From Pirellula staleyi DSM 6068 (GTDB taxonomy: Bacteria; Planctomycetota; Planctomycetia; Pirellulales; Pirellulaceae), in contig CP001848.1 of assembly GCA_000025185.1 (NCBI GenBank), positions 2,940,001 through 2,972,000 of the forward strand: 32,000 nt of DNA, in the 5' to 3' direction. A model generated the notes under the pieces. That model saw nothing but the letters and a program-made list of their open reading frames with translations, was not told the DNA's origin and searched no databases. Made by a program: the position numbers and the translations under genes. Numbering within the stretch: the first letter of the stretch is position 1; every line of letters begins with the position of its first letter. Below are positions 26,101 through 30,763 of this stretch, one piece after another.

Positions 26101-29100
26101 GAGTTTGTCATCATCACCAATGATGGGACGGATGCGGTGGTGGGGACGTTTGCGGGGCTGGCCGAAGGAGCGGCAGTGGTGGTGGGTGGAAGCACGTTCT
26201 ACATCAGCTACAGCGCCGATAGCGCGGGGCCAGGTGCGGGGAACGATGTCGCGCTCTATTCACAGCCGATCATCAACGGCACTGCCGGTGCTGATATCGT
26301 GACGGTCACAGCTGCCGATGGGGCGGGGAACATCACTGTCACTTACTCGCTCAACAATGGCGCGGTGATTGGTGGTTACACGACGACGACACCACCCAAC
26401 GCCTTCACGTTCTACGGCGGTGATTCCGACGACACACTGAACGTCAATCTCAACGCCATCAACGTCGCGCTCCCCGGAGGGATTTACTACGACGGTGAAG
26501 GGCAGGGCTCGCCGGTTGCAGCCGGCGGCAATCCCTCGTTTGGCGATGTGCTGGCGATTGTCGGCAACGGAAACCAGACGGCAACGTACACCAGCGACGC
26601 CGTGATTGCTCGCGCCGGAACGATCACCTCCGATGCCCTCGCCGGGACGATCACGTTCCGTGGTCTCGAGCCGGTGAACATGTTTAATCTGGCTAGCGCC
26701 GTCGTCAACTTCGGTGGCGCTGCCGACACGATCGACATCAGCGCTGGCTTTGGTGCAACGGTCGCTACCTCCGCAATTCCGGCCCTCGTTGTGAGTGGCA
26801 ACAGCGGTGGCGTGGCGTTCGAGCAAGTTCATCTCTCGGGCAATATCGCTGTCGAGATCAACACCGTGACGGGTGGCTCCGATGCTGCCGACAGCGTCAC
26901 CATCACGAGTGGTGCGAATGCGCATGCGAATGCGAACATCACGATTGATACGGGAGTGGGGGCCGATACGATCGAAGTGGATGGTCCGCTGATGGTTGGC
27001 GCTGGTGGTGCGATCAGCTTGACCTCAGGTGGTTCGATCAGCGTGAACAACACGATCACCGCCGGACTTGCTGTGACCCTCACCGCGCTCACCGGCTCGA
27101 TCTCCGACGGCAACGGCGCGAGTGTAAACGTCGCGACCGGTCTGCTGGTCGCGCAGGCTGCCACCGGTGTGGCAAACGCCATCGATCTCGACACCACCAT
27201 CACGTCGCTGATCGTTTCCACGACCGGCGCAACCAATGGCAACATCAACATCAACGAGACCAGCGGCCTCGCAGTCTCGTCCGCAACGACCGTGAATGGC
27301 AACATCACACTCACTGCTGCCAGTGGCGACATCGCCGTCACCACCATCACGGCCGTAGGCGATGCGACGCTGGTGGCGACGACGGGGGCGATTACGGATG
27401 CGAACGCAGGTGTGCTCAATGTGTCGGCGAGTAACCTGAGCGCGACGAGCGCTAGCGGGATCGATCTCGATACGAGCATCGCTACGCTTACCGCCAGCGT
27501 CACTGGCACCGGCGCGATCGACATCGATGAAGCGAGCGCCATCACGCTCACGAGCATCACGACGAATAGCGGTCTCGTCGACATCACCTCGGCGACCGGC
27601 ACGATGACCGTGACGAGCATCAATGCCGCCGGCGCGGTGAACCTCGCGGTGACCGATACCGGCGCTGCCGACGACGACATCATCGTCAGTGGCACACTCA
27701 GCTCGACGAGCAACGTGGTGCTGCTGGCAGGGGACGATGCGACCCTCAGCGGCACGATCAGCGCGACGGGAACCGTCAGCGTGACGATTGATGCGGCGAG
27801 CGCGGATGTGGGTGGCGCGGTGCTGAGCTTTGCAGGGGATATCGACGCGGTGAGCGCGACGTTCACCGGCGGCGCAGAGATCGATACGTTCAACGTCCGG
27901 CCCGATCAAGACAATGGACTCGCGAGCACGCCGATCAGCATCTTCGGTGGCAATCCGACGGTGCCAGCGGGCGATCTTTTAGTGCTCGATATCACGGGAC
28001 TCGGCGTGCCGACATTGACGCTCGGCGCAGTGGACTACAGCGGCGTCTGGTCGTTCGGCACATCGGCGGCAGGAGTTGCTTACACCTCGATCGAAACGGT
28101 GCAAACGACGCCGCTGACGTCGGTCTACAACCTCGTGCTCGACATGCGAATCGCCGGCTTCCAAAACGGTGCGGCCGACGCGATCGAGATCTTCCTGAGT
28201 GCTCCCAATGTGTTCGAAGTCGAGGTGAATGGCCTCGGCAAGTTCAGTGGCCAGGCCGATACGATCAACAGCTTCACGGTGATCGGCAGCAGCGATAGTG
28301 AGTCGCTGACGATCCGCGAAACAGCAGCGGGACTCCCGAGCTTCGACGGCGCTGCGCCGCTGGTCGACAACAGCCTCGCGTCGGGTGGTGTGAGCAATGG
28401 CGCGCACTTGAATACAGCCGCTGATACGTTCTACACCGCGAGCAATCTGACCGATGTGACGATCCACTTCGATGGCGGACTGGGTGATAACAGCCTCGCG
28501 CTCGAGCTGATCACAGCGGCTGATGTCGGCTACTTCAGCGACGTTTTGGATGGTCAAGGAAGTGGCAACGTCGGTGTCGGTCCGAGTGGCGCGCCGCTGA
28601 CGCTCGTCAGCTTCGCCGATCTCGACACGCTCATCCTCGACGGCGCTGGTGGCAACCTCGTGGTCGATGCTTCGAGCAGCACGAGCACTGCCGATATCGA
28701 GATCAGCGACGATGCACTACTCGGTGACGGTGTGACCGAGATCACCGCCGATACGGGACTGGTCGCGACGACCACGTTTGAAGGCTTCCTCGCGCTCGAC
28801 CTCATCGCGGGTGGCGGCAACGAAGCGATTGATCTGGTGAACATCGACAGCACGTCGACCCTCACGAGCATCGATATCGTGGCTGGTTCGTCGCTCGCGG
28901 CGACCGACAACAGCGCTCACACGGTTCGCATCCACGCGATCAAGAGTGGCGTGCCAGTGACGGTAACCGGCGACGTTGGCGTCGACACGTTCCAGGTGTT
29001 TGACAGCGGGAATTCCGCATCGAACATCGCTTCGACTCTGTCGTTTAATGGCGTTGCCGGGGACGACGACGCGCTGATTGTCGACGACAGCGGAAGTGTG

Positions 29101-30618
29101 TCGGCCGACTCGGTCGTCATCACGCGCACGACGATCGAAGGGCTCACGATCGCGTCGGGCACCGACATCACGTTCACGAGCATCGACGATCTCGATGTCA
29201 CCACGTCGGGCGGCGCCGATACGATTCGCGTCAACATGACCGAAGCGGCCAACGACCTTGATACCGCCGTCGTCACCGGTGCCGGAGACAACGATCAGTT
29301 CTACGTCAACGCTGCCGATTTCCTCGCGCGGCTCACGCTCAACGGTGGTCTTGGCGACGACACCTTCGGCGGCACACCATCGAGCACCGCGCCTGGTTAC
29401 ATCCTGAGCGCAAGTGAACTCGACGGCGTCGACGACATGATTCGTCCGAGTCTCACGACCCCCTTCTTCATCAACGGCAACGATCCCACGGTGCTGCCGG
29501 GCGATGTGCTGAACATCGATGTCTCGGCGCTCGGCGGTGGACTCGCCGCGACGAGCCCCGTGCTCGTGAGCAGCGGACAAGTGTTGAGCTCGACGCACGC
29601 GACCGTCACCTTCACCACGATCGAAGATCTCAACTTGACCGACGATGGCGAGATGACGAGCGCCACGATCAATGACATCTACATCCGCGGCACCAATGGC
29701 AATGACACGATTCAGTTCGCTCGCGCCAACACGACGCTTGAACCCAGCCGCACTCGCGTGCAGATCGGCTCGAGCTACACGTACCACAACGTCCCTGGCA
29801 AGACGCTCGTCTACGGCCGCGGCGGCAACGACATCATCAACCAATCGAACCTGCAGATTCCGGCGGAATTCTACGGTGAAGCGGGAGATGACTTCCTGAC
29901 GGGCAGCTTCAACAACGACCTCTTGGTCGGTGGTCTCGGCAACGATCGCATCAATGCCAGCAGCGGCAACAACATCGTCTGGGGCGACGACGCTCCGACG
30001 AGCGACGAGCTCAATCCGCACGAGCTCAACATCGGCGGTAACGATACGCTGAGCGCGCTCGGCGGCAACGATCTCTTCTACGCCGGTGGCGGCAACGATA
30101 GTGTGAGCCCTGGCGCGGGTGACGACTGGATCCACGGCGGCTACGGCAACGATCAGCTGAGTGGCAGCTCGGGCAACGACCGCATTTACGGCGCGCAGGG
30201 GAACGACACGATCAGTGGCGATGTCGGCGACGACTTCCTCAGCGGCGGCGATGGCGACGATCGGCTGTACGGCCGCGATGGCAACGACGTACTGATCGGC
30301 GGCGACGGCGTTGACCTGGTCGACGGCGGCAACGGCAACGACCTGGTGCTCGCGGCGATCACGACCTACCAAGGGACGAGCGATACGGCGACGAGCAACA
30401 CCTACAATAGCGCGGTCGACGCCGCGATGCTCGCGCTGCTGGTGGCCTGGAACAGCGGCGGCCCGGTCGCCGCGAATCTCACGCACACCGACGACTTCGA
30501 CCGCGACACCATCTACGGCGGCAGCGGCAACGACCTCTTCGGCACCCACACCAATGCCGACCCCCTCACCAGCGACATCCGCGGCGACTTCAACAACTCC
30601 CAAGACACCAGCCTCTAA
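17107..30618 (+). CDS. Giant (4503-aa) secreted/surface protein: LamG domain, at least 9 autotransporter-associated beta-strand (PATR) repeats, 2 PA14-like domains, beta-helix-like repeats, C-terminal RTX calcium-binding repeats
   Basis: Uninterrupted 13,512-nt ORF with recognisable domains along its whole length (see sub-features). All overlapping antisense ORFs are low-complexity. There is no obvious Shine-Dalgarno sequence before the ATG at 17107. Confidence 0.9.
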   Translation: MASPHVRRSGNLSARTQEKASPARKRTRQQTARSRFLQFESLEDRRVMATYPVSLAHYWSFDEATSGTAPVVNKISAANTGTFTGTAAHGTGLIGAGSARLNNVAGDGVNVGAANFSFTTGISVEAVIQSNWNGAFGDYDEIFRKEDGGNRILLSFQNDINNPGAVPPVAPGPVLSFGLNVGGVYTELDMPLDGVAGRPTLGELTDSTPDHIVASYDAASGVKAIYVNGTLRYSTVLAGNITSGGGAPGTIGNHGTANEPFTNKIDEVAIYSAALTGGEVAAHYANVQQGRNYFYDGSFDANEQAPGKAGDAAADTFTVRSSAGGYEILVNGVSVALLPSSTSSIVIDGSSDDDKLVLDLSAGDAIPVGGIIFNGGVGGNDSLELVGGAVAFADVNYRFDNANDGRISIGSYGAVDYTGLDPIIDNLSATTRNFNYVGATETITVTDTGGADGMSTIASTLGESVTFVNPTQSLSIDVNSNGGSGDDTITLTSIDAAFRAAITITAGSTDTANFNSALVLGDVLSTGNLNVTAGIININQSINTTAGIAGTVSLTALDLLNTAGAGDITTAGSFTSSATTQSNLAGDVTTTGDAININGAVVLTGNVAVASAGGTITFGGTVNDDAAASDRSLSLDAGAGNVNLNGAVGGTLPLSSLAISGNVIAAGNVATATQLSVTNAGISSITGVISGAGQLVKQGAGQLTLGGANTYSGITTVNTGTLRIASDGNLGAAPGAFVSNQLVLNGGILSTSAGVTLAANRGVTVGASGGTLQLGGALNYAGRFTGAGNTLATGGSDLVLTNGTGTPSDVNFTLNSSRLFFNSNNALGTGSILVQSGARLVNNTGSTAATVANPITVASGGGLAARVTTNYSNAALPTSGSVSFNNDDQPTAQLTVPTNLPLTGNLSITVGGNNAAPGAAVLSGVISGSSNLTLASTTNPGVLSLTGVNTYSGTTTITAGVLAASASTGIGDGSATNTLILNGGTLRANATIASPATRGVTLNGTSTSTIDTNNTSITIAGVISGGTNGVNSLSVASTGGSAGNLVLSGNNTFQGNLVVNRGGITVQNSNALGASGAGNFTRLVGIDGSSAARLLLNNGSSINVPESLQLAANSAGRVTLEANSAAVHTWSGPIDVTSTGNLINLTSNGTGALTITGDISGALSGGAVLLLRGGSTNAANHLQGSVNITGGNLSKTDGSLWVVGAAGETYSWPGTSVSVGQLRMNLANILPATGTINIGQNDASAATLNLNGFSQTTAGITFSQTGGTATANAMSITTGSGTLTLNGNMTYNATVGTSKGTGLISGNLNLGGASRTFTINDSGQAVDVRLSAIISNGGLVKAGAGTLELTGANTYAGATQVNVGILSLGTTGSIASSTVTVASGATLMGTGTTGPLTIDSGATHRPGNSPGITTVSGNYTENGTLEIELLNHTGSAGVGYDQVDVTSGGTVTLGAGAILTTPFLGSAGTFLPTYGQVFTIINNDGVDPVTGTFVGLANGAPIVVDGQTLEIYYAGGDGNDVVLVSTSGTPGLLYVNDEFTTLGVVDGDAETAGTQTAYVGINAFASIDDALAAYPGYAGPIVVNGGVYASATLAGGGAVTLRLVQDIANGELDVTLQSITGDANDSIVTRFNNVASGALVLETGSFPGIVSGAGGIVKQGVGTASLSGANTYSGTTTVAAGVLNIVASATVNPLSNSAVILSGGQLDVDTLSTVYTDALGHFGYHINNDGLALDLTNNLGVLNGNDPSSFSNFEGLGLLTNGPGNRGLDFDSDADFTSVVASIRDDATPEGFVISQPDNYTNLWFGTFTPNVTGTWGFRNNGDDDIGAIWLDVDQDGLFESNPPGRADNRGEQISYENTTLRTRNLVAGQKYLIAVLHREGTGGSGIDIRIDPPPAGSEIKLKPTDLAQLGLFSFTDQSNITLGNNVTVSANSSISASSAITFGSLTMASTATELDIISDHAAGTLPGKVNFSGVTTLDGVKTFDQQNSASLSFNGVVQNGTVAGGITKTGSGNLLLNAANTFTGDVTVSGGIVALGNNAGLGSEVTGKTVVNGGTLDIRGFRAGANGDELVEIQGTGLNGFGAILNTGASQTGAFRRLTLTGNATIRTDNRIDVRNTSGASTLNMNGFTLTKTGAAELAIVNTTIANPGSVNVNETIFRLEGSTIYGGAGIVSVANGATLDLWANTQTHSVNVTLAGGANLTANGSGNATLSGTVLLNGVANINTNNNSGLSNLNISGAVTGSGGINKGGTERLTLSSNASTYGGITTINAGTLVAAANNALGATATGTSVIAGATLRYEGATTPAPEPLAIIGNGVGNVGALQSATNDVTVTGLVRLLGNTFIASNTAGRTLTLDGPLLKEQPSDLTLMGAGNFDINADMDNGDFSIAPFTARVFNGVQQTINDATVINNDLNGTTVATRTNTLNGPLTFANAAAFNTLFTPSVPLGDNFTTVFVTTLTVTTPGIYTFSVTNNDDGAAVWLKPSANPSFVAGDLLQGIVANSNTGVVTRNLAVGTYTLVYAHREGSGGESVTGRIAGPLNTGITNGTLLPIVAPVPGSDQLIKTGTGTATLSGNNTYAGVTLVQQGVLVADANNALGATAPVAANVNVGVLNQEWQLGTDNNANSEFSQENGSSNAAPGSATARDDDWYFAGTYPGPIGVVAANEAIGGAPATGFERALTVGDPTNRIHFNLAADQVDDNYNLVIDTVSSSFTAGSITLEVRVNGNVVHTQTLSADTTITTATFSGTAVGLTTGDNVVTLTRTGLGAFLQFDYIRLNRQMVIAAEDTQVEAGAKLVLSNVAYAATENVRLLGSTLEGTGTSSFGGTVELLADSTINVLAAGVLTLQGVIDDNAGGFGVTKTGPGTLELTAGNTYSGATNVTVGELLVNNTLGSGTGSGLVVVSGTAILRGTGSIAGTVSMTDSSRLEPGASPETLATGSLSFTAGTTFNPEIGGTAPGNGVTGYDQVNVTGTVSLGGATLDVDLFGGFTPDPLLLQEFVIITNDGTDAVVGTFAGLAEGAAVVVGGSTFYISYSADSAGPGAGNDVALYSQPIINGTAGADIVTVTAADGAGNITVTYSLNNGAVIGGYTTTTPPNAFTFYGGDSDDTLNVNLNAINVALPGGIYYDGEGQGSPVAAGGNPSFGDVLAIVGNGNQTATYTSDAVIARAGTITSDALAGTITFRGLEPVNMFNLASAVVNFGGAADTIDISAGFGATVATSAIPALVVSGNSGGVAFEQVHLSGNIAVEINTVTGGSDAADSVTITSGANAHANANITIDTGVGADTIEVDGPLMVGAGGAISLTSGGSISVNNTITAGLAVTLTALTGSISDGNGASVNVATGLLVAQAATGVANAIDLDTTITSLIVSTTGATNGNININETSGLAVSSATTVNGNITLTAASGDIAVTTITAVGDATLVATTGAITDANAGVLNVSASNLSATSASGIDLDTSIATLTASVTGTGAIDIDEASAITLTSITTNSGLVDITSATGTMTVTSINAAGAVNLAVTDTGAADDDIIVSGTLSSTSNVVLLAGDDATLSGTISATGTVSVTIDAASADVGGAVLSFAGDIDAVSATFTGGAEIDTFNVRPDQDNGLASTPISIFGGNPTVPAGDLLVLDITGLGVPTLTLGAVDYSGVWSFGTSAAGVAYTSIETVQTTPLTSVYNLVLDMRIAGFQNGAADAIEIFLSAPNVFEVEVNGLGKFSGQADTINSFTVIGSSDSESLTIRETAAGLPSFDGAAPLVDNSLASGGVSNGAHLNTAADTFYTASNLTDVTIHFDGGLGDNSLALELITAADVGYFSDVLDGQGSGNVGVGPSGAPLTLVSFADLDTLILDGAGGNLVVDASSSTSTADIEISDDALLGDGVTEITADTGLVATTTFEGFLALDLIAGGGNEAIDLVNIDSTSTLTSIDIVAGSSLAATDNSAHTVRIHAIKSGVPVTVTGDVGVDTFQVFDSGNSASNIASTLSFNGVAGDDDALIVDDSGSVSADSVVITRTTIEGLTIASGTDITFTSIDDLDVTTSGGADTIRVNMTEAANDLDTAVVTGAGDNDQFYVNAADFLARLTLNGGLGDDTFGGTPSSTAPGYILSASELDGVDDMIRPSLTTPFFINGNDPTVLPGDVLNIDVSALGGGLAATSPVLVSSGQVLSSTHATVTFTTIEDLNLTDDGEMTSATINDIYIRGTNGNDTIQFARANTTLEPSRTRVQIGSSYTYHNVPGKTLVYGRGGNDIINQSNLQIPAEFYGEAGDDFLTGSFNNDLLVGGLGNDRINASSGNNIVWGDDAPTSDELNPHELNIGGNDTLSALGGNDLFYAGGGNDSVSPGAGDDWIHGGYGNDQLSGSSGNDRIYGAQGNDTISGDVGDDFLSGGDGDDRLYGRDGNDVLIGGDGVDLVDGGNGNDLVLAAITTYQGTSDTATSNTYNSAVDAAMLALLVAWNSGGPVAANLTHTDDFDRDTIYGGSGNDLFGTHTNADPLTSDIRGDFNNSQDTSL
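17221..17253 (+). other. N-terminal FESLEDRRVMA motif preceded by a highly basic segment (planctomycete-type N-terminal motif)
   Basis: The protein starts MASPHVRRSGNLSARTQEKASPARKRTRQQTARSRFLQFESLEDRRVMA. Ten Arg/Lys fall in the first 35 aa, there is no hydrophobic h-region, and the LEDRR-hydrophobic-A motif follows. Confidence 0.6.
17263..17976 (+). other. LamG / concanavalin-A-like lectin domain (Laminin_G_3-like)
   Basis: The segment from LAHYWSFDEATSGTAP to DHIVASYDAASGVKAIYVNGTLRYS to FTNKIDEVAIYSAALTGGEVAAHY follows the Laminin_G_3 pattern (W.fde..g, hva.tyd...g...lYvdG, f.G.iDev.iy..aL...ei..hy). Confidence 0.75.
22249..22780 (+). other. PA14-like domain 1 of the giant protein
   Basis: GHFGYHINND...DNYTNLWFGTFTPNVTGTWGFRNNGDDDIGAIWLDVDQDGLFES...LVAGQKYLIAVLHREGTGGSGIDIRI shows the PA14 hallmarks G.Y.F....DD....ld and L.aG..Y.i.v.h.Eg.Gg. 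Confidence 0.6.
24280..24723 (+). other. PA14-like domain 2 of the giant protein
   Basis: FTARVFNG...DNFTTVFVTTLTVTTPGIYTFSVTNNDDGAAVWLKPS...LAVGTYTLVYAHREGSGGESVTGRI has the same motif order as 22249-22780. Confidence 0.6.
27094..27675 (+). repeat. Two tandem copies of a 97-aa (291-nt) unit, with degenerate flanking copies, in the beta-helix-like part of the giant protein
   Basis: Unit 1 starts at 27094 (GSISDGNGASVNVATG...NAIDLDTTITSLIVSTTGATNGNININETSGLAVSSATTVNGNITLTAASGDIAVTTITAVGDATLVAT). Unit 2 starts at 27385 (GAITDANAGVLNVSAS...SGIDLDTSIATLTASVTGTGAIDIDEASAITLTSITTNSGLVDITSATGTMTVTSINAAGAVNLAVT). Confidence 0.7.
29815..30354 (+). repeat. RTX / hemolysin-type calcium-binding nonapeptide repeats (about 16, including 12 in perfect register)
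   Basis: GGxGxDxUx units run from GRGGNDIIN onward. Positions 30031-30354 encode 12 uninterrupted 9-aa units: IGGNDTLSA LGGNDLFYA GGGNDSVSP GAGDDWIHG GYGNDQLSG SSGNDRIYG AQGNDTISG DVGDDFLSG GDGDDRLYG RDGNDVLIG GDGVDLVDG GNGNDLVLA. One more unit (GGSGNDLFG) lies near 30520. Confidence 0.9.
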
Positions 30619-30651
30619 AGGGGGCAGAGAAGGCGAGAGGCGGGAGAATGC

Positions 30652-30695
30652 AAAAAAGCCTGTATCGCAAGCGTTTGAAGCTCGAAATACAGGCT
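30652..30695 (-). terminator. Rho-independent terminator for the convergent GH13 gene
   Basis: 9-bp stem agcctgtat (30657-30665) / atacaggct (30687-30695) with additional inner pairs. On the minus strand the stem is followed by TTTTTTG (complement of 30651-30657). It lies about 70 nt past the GH13 stop at 30764. Confidence 0.6.
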
Positions 30696-30709
30696 CGTAG
30701 ATTGTTTCG

Positions 30710-30740
30710 CCGAGCAGCTGAAAAGAATTCAGCTGCTCGG
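30710..30740. terminator. Perfect 12-bp hairpin between the convergent giant gene and GH13 gene
   Basis: ccgagcagctga (30710-30721) / tcagctgctcgg (30729-30740) with a 7-nt loop aaagaat. No clear U-tract on either strand, so its role as a terminator or RNA-stability element is uncertain. Confidence 0.35.
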
Positions 30741-30763
30741 GTGGGGTGAGCTGTTCGCCTCGG

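Noticed and set aside
10821-30618. Single operon comprising the three large plus-strand genes
   Set aside because: Two consecutive intrinsic terminators (13380-13418, 13441-13487) follow the first gene, and 361 nt of non-coding sequence precede the giant gene. Co-transcription is unlikely, so I kept only a loose functional-neighbourhood hypothesis.
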